A stretch of DNA of 64,000 nucleotides, taken from the NCBI GenBank assembly GCA_918797485.1, contig CAKKNE010000005.1:4278001-4342000 (forward strand), in the 5' to 3' direction. Each line of letters opens with the position of its first letter. Within the stretch, counting starts at the first letter, position 1. The translations under genes were made by a program, and so were the position numbers. The stretch comes from Pelagomonas calceolata. Its lineage: Eukaryota. Below the pieces are notes generated by a model, which was not told the DNA's origin, did no database searches, and saw nothing but the letters and a program-made list of their open reading frames with translations. Below, piece after piece: positions 30,289-41,500 of this stretch.

Positions 30289-33200
30289 TCATGCGAGCGC
30301 CTCCTCGTCCTCCGCCCGCTTGAGCTTCTCCGCGCACAGCCTCAATTTCTGCGCGACGTCCAACCTAGCGTTCTTCGGGTCCTTCGCGACCGACGTCCAG
30401 AGCTCGCCGTGCGCCGGCTCCGCCGCGACGCACCTATCCACAAGGTCCTGCCTTGTTTGATCCGTGCCGTCTTTGACCTCGAAGAAGTAAGCGTGGGCCC
30501 AGGCGTCGCCTAAGTCCGGTTCTAGAGCAGTGGCGCGTGCGAACCATTTCCGGGCCTTGTTGTGCTTCCTCTCGGAGACGAACAAGTTCGCCACGGCCAC
30601 GATCACCCGAGCGTCGTTGTCGCACCGTTTCAAGGCTTCTAGCGATTTCCCCTTCCTTGCGGGTCGCGGCGCGGTAGAAATACAGTCGGCCCACAACTCG
30701 CCCGACGACTCGCACTCCTGGAGCGCTTTGGCTTGCAAATTCTCGGCTAATTTTTGGTGGCCATGTCGCCGTTCCAACCGCATCGCCGCCAACCACAGCG
30801 ACGGCGTGCCCTTGTTTCGAGACCGAGCTAACTCCAACACCGATCTCGCTCGAGTAGCACCAAACGCCTTCTCCTCAAGCGCCGCAGCGCCGATCCACAG
30901 TGCCGCGCACTTCGGGCACTTCTTCAAACCTCGCTGGTAGAAGTCTCTGGCTGCTTTCATGTCGCCTAACCTTTTATCTGAACCTTTATTCTCTGATTCA
31001 CAAGCTTGCGCCGCCATCAGATAAAACTTGTGGAACGAGGGATACGACGTAATAGCTTCATCTAGTAATTGCAATTCGGCATCAAAGTCCTCGCACTCCC
31101 TCTCCAATAATGCTGCCTTCAACCACACGCGAGCCGACGGCGCCGTCGACCGAGCCCTCGCGAGCAACGCTCGTGCCCGTTCCCTTTCATCATTTTCCCA
31201 TTCTAATTTAACAGCGGCCAACCAAACAGGCTCCGAATCGGGATTCGCCTCGAAGGCATCACCTAAAGTTTCGCGCGCGCCGTCGACGTCGCCCGCGAGC
31301 CACTGCTCCTTCGCGGCCATGAGCCACAGCACCTCGGCCTGGGGGCAGCACTCCACGGCCTTCTTCAGCGTTTCCTGGAGTTGTTGCGGGCTTCCAAACT
31401 TCTTTTCTAGGGAACACGCCCGTTTCCAGATTTCTTTTTTATTTGGGTATATGGACAGAGCGTGGGCGTAGACCGCGCGCGCCGTCGCTATGCTACTTCG
31501 AGCCAAACAGGCGTCGGCGTCGTCGAGCCACGTCCGTTTTCGGTCCTCGACCTCCACGCCCAAGCCAATCGTATGCCGCACGACAGCCGCACACGTGAGG
31601 GGCGCCTGGGCCTGCTCGGCGCTTTCCGCTTCTTTGAGCCAAGCTTCTCGGTCAATCACGACCTGATAGGACGCTAAAGATCGCACCGCTTTCGAGACAA
31701 TGCGATCAACTAAATCAGCACCGTGGCCGTGGGCCTCTTCAAGCTTCGCGGCCGTGAGCCAGATCGCTGGCTCCGTGGGGATGGCCTCGCGCGCTTGGTT
31801 TAACACGCGACGAGCGTTCTCGTACGTTTCCAACCTCGCAAGAGCGAGCCACATGTCCACGGAGTGAGGCACACATTCGACGGCCCGTCCCAACAGTATC
31901 CTAGCGTCCTCGACGTCTTCCAACTCCACAGCAACCCTCCATAGCTTGACCGAGGACGGGATCAGCTCCAACGCTCGCCTCAACACCGCTTTCTTCCTAT
32001 TGGCGTCGGGCTCGAGCTCCGCCGCTCGCAGCCACAGCTTCGTGGACGTCGGCAAGCGCGTCACCGCTCGTTGCAAGACCGATCGACCATTCGCATCCGA
32101 ACTTTGTAGTCTAGCAGCTTCCAACCACACATCCTCGGCGTCGGGGCACGCCTCACATCCCAATTGGATCAATTTCCGGGCAGCAATCGCCTTCCCCGCG
32201 ATCTCCTCGACGCGCGCGGCAGCGATCCAGCCCGGCGCGTGCTTCGGGTTGGTAGTAGTAACTGACTTCAACAGTAACCGAGCCTTCTTGATGTCTCCGA
32301 CTTCCGACGCGGTATTCACTTTGATAGAGTTGAGATCCGTCAGATACCCTTGCGGGTCGACAACGGTCTGACCCGCTACGGAATCACTCATCTTATCGAG
32401 CTTCAAGCCGAGCACCGTACCGCGCGCCGCAGCTAGTCCAGACGTCAAGGACGACGACGTACCGGCCACGGAAGTAGTCCCACCACCCAGCATGGGCGTC
32501 TTCCAGCCGCCCATGGGCGTGCGCGCGCCGGACATGGGCGTCTCGAAGCCCCCCGTCTTCTGTTGCCGCGCATCCAAGGCGCCCGTATGCCCCGTGTTGT
32601 CGAGACCCGCGGCCATCGACGACAGGACACTATCGGTCATTGGTGTGAGTCGGTCCGGCCGCTTCTTCTGTTTCAACCTCAAACTATGATCACCGATGTC
32701 GGGGATGCCCTCCCACTCCTCCCGCGTCACGTCCTTGAGCTCCCGTTTCAAGTCAGCAAATTGGTCACTAATTTTCGGCCGTTCTTCCCGGAACCGCTTC
32801 ATCGTCTCCACGAGTTTGGCCTCTCTCGCTCGTTTACGCCGAGAGTCCATCCTCTCATCGACGGCTTCATACACCCGATCCGCCTCCGCGTCGTCATTTT
32901 CATACGGCGTACTGTCGCCAAATATAGAACCCCCATAGCCGGAAAACTGGTCGAAATTCCTCTCGTTCAAGTCAGCGGTCTCTCTCGCTAATTTCTCTTT
33001 GATGGGATTCGTCTCGCCCTGCTCAATAGCTTTGTCGCCCATGCCTCGACCCATGCCCGCGACATACCCTTCGGGCGCCTGGCCGTAGTCCGTTCTCTCG
33101 GGGCCGTGCTGGCCGGGACCCAAGCCTTGCATCCCAGGCATAGGAGGCGGCGGGGGCATGGCGCCGGGCCCCTGCATGCCCTGGAGCCCGCCGCCCGGCG

Positions 33201-33330
33201 CGGTGTTCGCCGCCTCGCGCGCGGGGCCGATGTCGCTCCGCGTCGTGAAGCCGACGGCGCCTCTGCCCAGACCGGCGACATAGTTCGTCGGCTTCACGGT
33301 CGGTGGCACGCGGCGGCCGAAGGAGTCCAT
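30289..33330 (-). CDS. PRP6: Pre-mRNA splicing factor PRP6 (U5 snRNP 102 kDa)
   Basis: YVAGLGRGAVGFTTRSDIGPA, DIKKARLLLKSVTTTNPKHAPGWIAAARVEE, many HAT/TPR repeats. Confidence 0.97.
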   Translation of the reverse strand: MDSFGRRVPPTVKPTNYVAGLGRGAVGFTTRSDIGPAREAANTAPGGGLQGMQGPGAMPPPPPMPGMQGLGPGQHGPERTDYGQAPEGYVAGMGRGMGDKAIEQGETNPIKEKLARETADLNERNFDQFSGYGGSIFGDSTPYENDDAEADRVYEAVDERMDSRRKRAREAKLVETMKRFREERPKISDQFADLKRELKDVTREEWEGIPDIGDHSLRLKQKKRPDRLTPMTDSVLSSMAAGLDNTGHTGALDARQQKTGGFETPMSGARTPMGGWKTPMLGGGTTSVAGTSSSLTSGLAAARGTVLGLKLDKMSDSVAGQTVVDPQGYLTDLNSIKVNTASEVGDIKKARLLLKSVTTTNPKHAPGWIAAARVEEIAGKAIAARKLIQLGCEACPDAEDVWLEAARLQSSDANGRSVLQRAVTRLPTSTKLWLRAAELEPDANRKKAVLRRALELIPSSVKLWRVAVELEDVEDARILLGRAVECVPHSVDMWLALARLETYENARRVLNQAREAIPTEPAIWLTAAKLEEAHGHGADLVDRIVSKAVRSLASYQVVIDREAWLKEAESAEQAQAPLTCAAVVRHTIGLGVEVEDRKRTWLDDADACLARSSIATARAVYAHALSIYPNKKEIWKRACSLEKKFGSPQQLQETLKKAVECCPQAEVLWLMAAKEQWLAGDVDGARETLGDAFEANPDSEPVWLAAVKLEWENDERERARALLARARSTAPSARVWLKAALLERECEDFDAELQLLDEAITSYPSFHKFYLMAAQACESENKGSDKRLGDMKAARDFYQRGLKKCPKCAALWIGAAALEEKAFGATRARSVLELARSRNKGTPSLWLAAMRLERRHGHQKLAENLQAKALQECESSGELWADCISTAPRPARKGKSLEALKRCDNDARVIVAVANLFVSERKHNKARKWFARATALEPDLGDAWAHAYFFEVKDGTDQTRQDLVDRCVAAEPAHGELWTSVAKDPKNARLDVAQKLRLCAEKLKRAEDEEALA

Positions 33331-33814
33331 CTTTTAGTCGGCGGCGCCGCGGAGAGCTCCTGTGGTGATTGAGTGCTTCGCACGCTCGGCGATGGCGTTT
33401 CGTTGTGTCCGCAGCGATGCGCAGCGATGGCTCGAGAATCCGCAACCGCCGAGCACACAGCAGATAGCGTCGCGCTACTCTCGCGGCGCCTGCCAGCATG
33501 CTAGACATAGAGGTACTAGAGGTGAAATTTATGGGTCGTACGGCGTCTACGGCGCATCTACAGGGTACCTGCGTGTCCGCGACATCGTGGCGAGTGCGCG
33601 TGCGGGTCATGCGCCGCGGGCGGCCGGCAAAGCGCCGGTTGGCAGCGCTACGTCTTGTAGCGCACCACCGAAGGCTAGAATTCGTACAGAACGGAGATCA
33701 TACGCAACTGATACGTGCGCATACGCCAGACGCGCAACGGAGGCAGCCTCGCCAGGGAAGGAACCCACCCCTGGGCAGGGGGCAGCAGCAGCACGCCACC
33801 GCCGCGAAACAACG

Positions 33815-36798
33815 ATGGACGACGACTTCAACAGGTCCATGCGCGAGTGCGAGGACCTGATCGGGAGATTGGCCCAGTTCGGCACGCATTCACCGCTCAT
33901 CGAGTCGACGAACACGTTTCGCGAGAAGACCCAAGAGCGCCTCGCGCAGCTGCGAGCCAAGTTCCCGCGGCCGCCCGTCCAGGAACAACGAGCGCCCACC
34001 CCTCCACCTCCTCCATCAATAAGGAGCCGCCCGGACTGGCTCGCGCAGGCTACGGAACGAACCGCGCAATCGCCGGAGTTCCGACAACTATGCCGAGAGT
34101 TACTGTGGCGCGTGGAGTCGTCTTCAGAAGATTTCGGGGATCAATCATCCATCCAAAGATGCGCGACGTTGGACGACGCCTACGCGAAACTACAAAGGGA
34201 AAGTGCGGTCGCGGGCCAATTCGAGGCCTTCGCCGCCGCGACGCTAGACAACGCGTTAGCCGAAAGAGCAGCTATATATAGATTGGATGGGGCCGAATCT
34301 TATGTGGATGCTTGTGAAAGGGAGGCGTCGGGGGCGATCATGGGCTTGCTCGACAGTCTACCGGGCGACGACGCGCCGGGAGCGCTTCGAGCGTTGGTGG
34401 GAAGAGCCCTACCGCAAGCTTTAAGAGAGCGATTGTGGGCTCGAAGACTCACAGATGTCAAAGTCGAACGCGAGTTCCGAGAATCAAGAGGCGACTGGTC
34501 CGTGAGATCCCCGCACGAGGCCGACATCACAGCTTTCTGCGTGAAGGTGCTCTCGGACACGGACGGAGACAAGTTGTGTGTTGCGCGTTCATCTTTCTCG
34601 TTTTTGGATGCGAAGGCCCGCGAGTCTGGTGGCCCTTTGCCTTCGGACGTGTATTGGTTAGCAAGACCGTTGCTCGAGGTGCTCGCGCTGGACGACGCCG
34701 TGCTCGCCTCGGCAGTTTCCAGTACACTAGAACGGGGCCTGGAGCCCGCCACCAAGCCGGAAGGCACGCTCGCCTTCGGCGACGAATCGACAGATAACCA
34801 ATCGGTGCTCGAGGGCGGCGCCGGCGCGGCCGCTTTAGCTTTGCGACTGGGCGTGCAGCGCAAGAACACGCAACGGTGGTGGGTTCCTAGAGATTGGCTC
34901 CAGAGGTGTCGTTCTTTGCTTGTCGACTTATGTCCCTCATTAGCAAAGGCACTTCGCGTAGAGGAGGACACGGACGACGCGGAAAATATAGTAGCGAGGG
35001 CCATCGGACGGTCCATGCGCCGCGGGTTGAGTGACATCCTGGCCACGGGCGTTTTACTGTTTGTCTGGGACCAGTGCGTTCTGACCTCATTTGATTTAGT
35101 AATTCCGTACGCCGCGGCTTGTGTCTTAGCTCTATTAGATGAGCCGTTGCAGTTCTTTCTGCGCGACAACGACGACCCGCAAGTGCACGAGGCCCTCATG
35201 CGCCTCGGGAAGGACCTGCCATTGGTGGATGTGGAGACGTGTTTCCGAAGAGTCGTCCCGAAGATCGCGCCCGACGCGCGCGAGCTCACGGACGCTATTA
35301 GTGCAAGACCGCCGCCCGGGTTGCTCGTCGAGGCGTCGCTGCCGGGCGCCGCCGCCTTGGGCGGCCTCGCGGACGTCGTCGTCGACGCGCTGGCGGACGG
35401 CGCGGGCTTCAGCATGCACGGTATCGTGTCCGGGTCCCGTTTGTTTACGTCGCGTCGATGGCGTCTGAAACACGTCACGGAGGACGCTCACGCGGTCGCG
35501 ACGCGAGCGACGACCCGCGACGATGGCGTATGCGCTGTACCGCCATCGCGGCGACGATCACACACCTACCCCACCGGCACGCCATCGCCGCGACCACCGA
35601 CACGCAGCACCCACGCCGTCGCCGCGCAGGCACGCTCCACTGTTTTTTGAGGAACCTGGACTGCCGGCTCGAGTGGTGCGAGGTCTTCCCGGCCAAAGAC
35701 TCGTTACCGGACGTCGTGGATCGGTTATTGGCTTTACCGGCCAATCGGAAGCGTATCTTGAAGGCGCGGCAACAATGGGGGGACCAGGGCGGCTTCGACT
35801 CGAGTTTGAGGGAGGCCTGCGCCGTCGCCGCCTGCCGCGCGCTGCCTGGATTAGCCGCTTTATATGCGGGGAGCTACCCGGCGACGATCCAAGAGTCACT
35901 GAAGGACATCATGAAAGAGTGCGTTCGGTTTTCATTGCCCGTAAGAGCCGACGACGACGACAGGGACGGCGACGGCGTGAAAGATGAGGTAGAATACGAG
36001 CCCACGACGGGCGCTTTACTGGGAGAACACGTGCCGCAGGTTGATGTACTACTAAGAAAGAACTCGAAGCCCCAGGACCCCGGCCTGGGACCCGGCTCGG
36101 CGCTGCTCCAAGCGGCGGGCATCTTTGCCATCAGGGCGGCCCCCGGTAGCTTGTGGCCCCACTACGCCCCGGGCCTCATGCATCTTGTGTATCTCGCCTA
36201 CAATTCCCTAAGGGAGCAGCACCACCTCGCCGGCATCGAGGAGTCGAAGCAGAAGGAGATCGCCGCCGCCGAGAAGGCCATCGACAACTGTCGGCGGGCC
36301 GAGGCGAAGAAGAAGGAATTAGCACAGAAGGAAAGGGACTCCATGAATGCCCAGGAGCAGGCTAAGTTGGATGAGCAATATAGAAAGGAAGCTCGGGAGC
36401 AGCAGAAGAAACGTATTGAAGCTGCGGACGCCGCCGACGAGAAGGTCAAGGACGCGTTCCTGGCCTGCGTGAACGCGGCGAAGGAGTGCGGCGACACGTA
36501 CAAGAAGTGTAGGGAGGCCTTCGAGGCCAAGGAACGATGGCGCAAACAGCTTATTGATTCGTTGGTCGAGAGGGAGCAAAAGGCCGCGTTCAAGCAGGTC
36601 TTTGCGTCGCCGGCGGACGTCGCGGAGTATTGCGCCGACGCTAAAAAAGCCAAGGCCTACGCGAAGAAATTCGCGAAGTTCGAGAAGAGTATCAGGAAGG
36701 CCTGGGGCAAGTCGCCGGACCTCAAGGATCCGTACGTGCTGCCCGACGCGGGTGCGGTCGACGCGCTGATTGATCGGTGGCGGGGGCCGGGGGCGTAA
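33815..36798 (+). CDS. Protein with degenerate TBC/Rab-GAP-like region and C-terminal coiled coil; intron 35421-35629
   Basis: ATG 33815; LPQALRERLW and VLLFVWDQCVL are TBC-like. Splicing joins FSMH|GTLHCFLRNLD, linking two ORF-track entries. Confidence 0.65.
35421..35629 (+). mobile_element. 209-bp GT-AG intron, degenerate introner relative
   Basis: Core motif in reverse orientation (CGTCGCGTCGATGGCGT, 35448-35464) plus several GCCATCG/CGATGGC copies. Nearly the same length as the intact 210-bp element. Confidence 0.7.
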
Positions 36799-36902
36799 AG
36801 GGTCAGTGTACTTTGTGTGTTTGAACGGGACATCTGCGAGGCGCTCCGAGGGCATAACTTTGCCGAGTTGCATCGCCCGGCCAGTGGACCGAGCTCTCCT
36901 GC

Positions 36903-38318
36903 ATGGGGCACGGATACGCTGCAGCGGCTCGAGAAGATCAAGATTGTAGGCAGCGGACCACGGCCGAGATCGTCGCGGAGCTGTCGGGCGGCCCGAGCTG
37001 CAAGCTCGGCGCGAAGGCGCGCGCCCTTCTCGCCGCGTCGACGGCGCCGCACGCCTATGTGCGCTTCGAGGTCGTCGATTTCAACGGCAAGTCGCTCAGC
37101 AAGACCGTGCCTGCTCGCCACGCGGGCGATCCCGTGGACCTCTACTCCGGCGCCATCTCCATGGGCGCCAACGCGCGCGTGCAATGCTTCCCGGAGAAAG
37201 TGCGGGACGGCTGCCCGAACTGGCGCCTCCGCCCCGACTGGGCGACGTTGCAACGTTTACCGTGGGCGTCGTCCCCGGAGCGGGACGTCTTCCGCGTCTG
37301 CTGCGAGCAGGCCGCCGCGCCTACGCCGCGCTTCGTATGCCGCGGGGCGCTCGACGCGCTCCGGCTCGACCACGGCCTGGAGCTCCTGGCCGCGTCCGAG
37401 CTCGAATTTGTAGTGGCGGACGCCGAGAGGCGACCCTTGTTCGACGGCGTCGACATTTTTGCTACTTTGCAATTAGCAAAGACAGACTTCGCCTACGCCG
37501 TCGCCGAGCAGATAACAACCGTCGACGTGCGAACGATGAATTGCGAGTACGGCGCCGGCCAGCTCGAGATCACGTTCAAGCCCAAACGAGGCCTTGCCGC
37601 GGCCGACTGCGCACATACCTTCAAGACGGGCGTCAAGGAACTCGCCATGCGGCGGGGCCTCGCCGCGACGTTCGCGTCGAAGCCCTTCGGCGGGCCGCGC
37701 GGCGTCGGCAACGGCGGCCACCTCAACGTGAGCCTGTGGCGCGGCGAGGACCCGGCGACGGGCGGTGACGAGGACGGCCTCAGTCCTACAGCGAGGCATT
37801 TCATCGCCGGCGTCCTCGCGCACGCTCGCGGCCTCGAGGCGCTGGCTGCCCCAACGCCAGGATGCTACGCGCGGCACGGCAATTGGGCGCCGACACGGGC
37901 GGATTGGGGCCATGAGGACCGCAACGTGTGTATAAGAGTGAAGTCTCGCGACTGCGCGCCCGGCGAGGCCTACGTCGAGTACCGCGCGCCGTCCGCCTCG
38001 GCGAACACCTACCTTGTGTTAGCTGGTCTCGCGGCGGCCGGCGCCGATGGCGTAAAGCGGGAACTCGTGCTTCCGCCGGCCAGGGACGACGAGGCCGTCC
38101 TGTTGCCGACGTCGCTGCCCGAGGCTCTCAGCGCGTTGCGCGCCGACGAGGTCCTGGTCGACGCGCTCGGCAAGGACTTCGTGGAGTGGTACACGCTCGT
38201 GAAGGATGCAGAGCTCGCAGACGTCGCCGCGTCGACGGCGAAATTTGCGGCGACAGGTCTTGACAACGACGCGGCGGTCCAGGAGGCGTGGAACTCGCTC
38301 TATTTCGAGTTTGTGTAA
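36903..38318 (+). CDS. Glutamine synthetase type I-like protein (lengsin/gamma-glutamyl ligase-like)
   Basis: VRFEVVDFNGKSLSK, ASELEF, EYGAGQLEI, ATFASKP, GNGGHLNVSLW, WGHEDRNVCIRV, VEYRAP. Confidence 0.9.
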   Translation: MGHGYAAAAREDQDCRQRTTAEIVAELSGGPSCKLGAKARALLAASTAPHAYVRFEVVDFNGKSLSKTVPARHAGDPVDLYSGAISMGANARVQCFPEKVRDGCPNWRLRPDWATLQRLPWASSPERDVFRVCCEQAAAPTPRFVCRGALDALRLDHGLELLAASELEFVVADAERRPLFDGVDIFATLQLAKTDFAYAVAEQITTVDVRTMNCEYGAGQLEITFKPKRGLAAADCAHTFKTGVKELAMRRGLAATFASKPFGGPRGVGNGGHLNVSLWRGEDPATGGDEDGLSPTARHFIAGVLAHARGLEALAAPTPGCYARHGNWAPTRADWGHEDRNVCIRVKSRDCAPGEAYVEYRAPSASANTYLVLAGLAAAGADGVKRELVLPPARDDEAVLLPTSLPEALSALRADEVLVDALGKDFVEWYTLVKDAELADVAASTAKFAATGLDNDAAVQEAWNSLYFEFV

Positions 38319-38363
38319 ATATACTCATAATATAGCTCTACCAAGACGAGGGTATTTCTGCTT

Positions 38364-38385
38364 GCTAGTATCTTACACCGCTAGC
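38364..38385 (+). promoter_or_regulatory. Recurrent upstream CTAG-flanked motif, copy 6
   Basis: GCTAGTATCTTACACCGCTAGC, about 190 nt before ATG 38578. Confidence 0.65.
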
Positions 38386-38577
38386 TGAATTATATTTGGC
38401 CGCGGCATTTTGGTCTTTTGAGGCTGGGGCCGTCAAAATTCACAGCTGCGACCACAGCGCTGAGCATAAGCAGCCAGCGCTCAAGCGCGTCGAACTCAGC
38501 GCTTTCCCGGGCTCCAACCGGTGACGCGGGCGGCATAAAACCGCCTGTGCGCCCTCAGCCCGTTTCGCAGCGGAGCG

Positions 38578-41500
38578 ATGGCGCAACAGTACGATGAACA
38601 AATTCAACACGTTGCGGAAGGAGAAAGGATCCTATGCGCCGTCGACGGCTGTACCATAGTCCAAACAGCGGATGGTGCTGTTGCCCTAACAGGGGAGGCG
38701 AGAATCGCCCTCGGACCGGCGACGCACGCTGCCTGCTGCTGGCGAGATGTACCCCGAGCCTGCGCTGTCGCCCTCACGGACGACCAGGCCGACCAGGGCT
38801 CGCCGCGCCACCGCGTGGCCTTCCTCACGACCAAGGGCCTGGTCGACACCGTCGAGTGCGGCCCGAGCGTGGCCCCATTCTCTCACGTCGTCGGCGCTGC
38901 CTTCCGCGCGGGCGACGGCGCGCTCGGCGTGTTGTACGGCGACGGCGCGCTGCGCGTCGCGCTGCTGGGCCTCGACGGCGGCCGCGTCGTCGAGGAGGCG
39001 GCCTGCGTGTCGACGGCCGCCGCGGGCGGCACGGCGCTCGCCGTCGTCGGCGACCGCTTCGCCGTGGGCGCGGCGGACGGGAGCTGCGCCGTCGTCAAGG
39101 CGCGGCTCTGCGCCGTCCTCGGCCAGGCGGCGATCGCGCGGGACCTCGACCTGCCCGCGAGCGAGGCGGGCGAGCCGGTCACGGCGCTCGCGGCGACGGA
39201 CCGCTGGCTCTTCGTCGCCGCCGGGCGCGCGCTGCGCTGGTGGGACGCGCGCACCGGCGCGCCCGTGAGCGCCTTCCGCGCGCCGGCTCCGTTAAGATCG
39301 CTCGCCGTCGTCGTCGCCGCGCCCGACGCGGCGGGCACGACCTGGGTCCTCGCCGCGTGCGCCGACGACGGCGCGACGGCGACGCTGCGCTACGACCGGC
39401 GGAGCGGCATGGCCTGCGCGGCGGCGCCCGCCGGCGGCTGCGCGGGCGTCGCTACGGCGAAGGACGGCTTCGTGGCCTTTGGCGCGACGGCCGTGTGCAG
39501 GTTAACGGCACGCAAGGTCGTGACTCAAACGCGACCATTAACGCCGCCGTCGAAGCCCCTGGAAGATCATGGTGATGCTCTAGAAGCGACCCTCCGAAAC
39601 GTCGTAGACGGGAAATCGGCGGAGCCTTTATCCTCCATCTTTGCGGCCGCGCCCTCAGACACGATCCAGAAGGCCGCGACCGCCGTCATCGCGGCGCCCT
39701 ACGCGTCTTCTACACAAGCGCGCTCTGCACTCGACGCGGCCATTGAGGGCCTCATCGAAGAGACGGACGACGAGCAAAAGGTCAACGCCGAACGCCTCTT
39801 GCAAACGACGCAACGTCGATTAGACGTCTTCGCCCGGGTCCTGGATGCGGCGGCCCGGTGCGGGTCGACGTTGGATGATGGCGCATGGCCCCGGGCCTGG
39901 GCGCGGTTTAGGGATGGCGACGCGGGGGCGCACGCCAAGGAGGCGTGCGAGCGAGGTCATGCTTCCGTGGCCGCCGTGCTATGGCGCGAACTGCGGTTCG
40001 ACGATGGCGATGCACGAACGCGCGGCGCCGCGGCGCGTTCTAGAGCGGATGCGCGAGCCGTGAAATGTGTCGAAGGATTACCAGTGGACGCGCCCGTGGC
40101 CACTTATGTATCGTGGGTCTTCGGCGAGGTGGCTCCCTCGTTAGCGGGCGGCGCGCTTGGCAGATTGGCGGCCTGGGCGGCGACAAGGGCGAGAGCGTTG
40201 GAAGCTGATGGACGGTTAGATGATGCCCTCCTCATAGCGAGGGAGGCCCACGACAGCATCGGCGATCGCTGCGGCGCGGGCGCCGTGGCGTGTGGTAATG
40301 ACGGCGACGCGTGGCTCGCGGATAGCGAGGCGGCCGACGCGCAGAAGGACATTGCGGAGCTACGGTCGGCGCTGGAGCGAGTCGCCGCTTTGAGAGATGC
40401 ACACGGCGTCGACGCGCAGCTGGGCGAGTACGAGGCGTGCGACAAGGCTTCCTTAGCTCGTAGATTATTGGATAGAGTGGAGGCCGTCAATGATGTAGCT
40501 TCCCACGTCGAGGAACATGTAAGACCAGTTTGCAGAGAACACGACGTCGACGCGGACGACATCCTGACGGCCTATATTTCAGCAAGGGCCGAGAAGCACA
40601 CGCAGCTGCGGAACTCTCGTCGTAGAAGAAGGGACGAGGCCGCTTCCGAAAATGACGACTTGGCCTTTGCGGTTGCTGCCTTAGATGAGGTGGACGACGA
40701 CGCCAAGAGAACCTCTGCAGCATTGACCATATTGACGGCGGCTCGAGCCCCCTTCTCGGACGGGGTCATCGCACTCGCTCATAGATCCGACCTGCTGGAT
40801 TCCGACGCGTCCGTGGACGAAAAGAGGCGCCCTCTGGCGGACGCCGCGCGTTTAGTTAGGCTGGCGCATTTGGCGCACCGGCACCGCGTCAGAGGCTTCG
40901 ACGCTGGCGACGCCGCGCACGCGCGCTTTTTGTTGAGGAGGATTGCGTCGGGCGCCTGGCGGTTGAGGAGGATGGCACCTAGAGATGCCTTGCGGGACGC
41001 CACGACTTTGGCTCGAGCGTATCCGGCCACCTTATCACGAAGAGATGCCGTCGTGGCGTTTGCCAGAGGCGCGACGCGGCCGGAATTCTATGATGATGAG
41101 TCGCAAGCTACGGCCGTGAACGAGGCGGCGGACGCCGCCGTCGGTGTCGCGCGGCGCGCGCTGCGAGACGCGTGCGCGGCCGGGGCCGAACGGAGAAGTG
41201 CGAGGCGGGAAGTCGTGGCCTATTGCCTCCGCGTTTTAGATGGAGGCGACGACGGCGCCCAATTAAAAAGAAGGGAGCTGGCCGCGTGCGCCCAGCTGGG
41301 CGCGGGCGTGGCCGCGGACTTGGCGGATGACGTGGGCGGGTCGAGGAAGGACGACGACTCGTCGCTGCGAGATGCGGACGCCAAAGCGCGCAAGTGCCTG
41401 GACATCGTCGACGCTTGTCAAAGATCGCTGGACGTCTGGGACTGCACGTCGTTTGATCTGCGGGACGACGCGTCTGCCCTGAAGCTATTACAGAGAGTGG

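Noticed and set aside
33500..33520. GCTAGACATAGAGGTACTAG (and 59618-59640) as further copies of the upstream motif
   Set aside because: They have paired CTAG ends but lack the GTGTCTTACA core, so they were not counted.
33362..33814. N-terminal ORF-track extensions from upstream starts (also 4401, 7722, 15962, 46588, 52638, 59387)
   Set aside because: These are mostly non-ATG starts running through promoter/UTR-like sequence; recognisable protein begins at the downstream ATG (for 52638, at the truncated MYND region, 52692).
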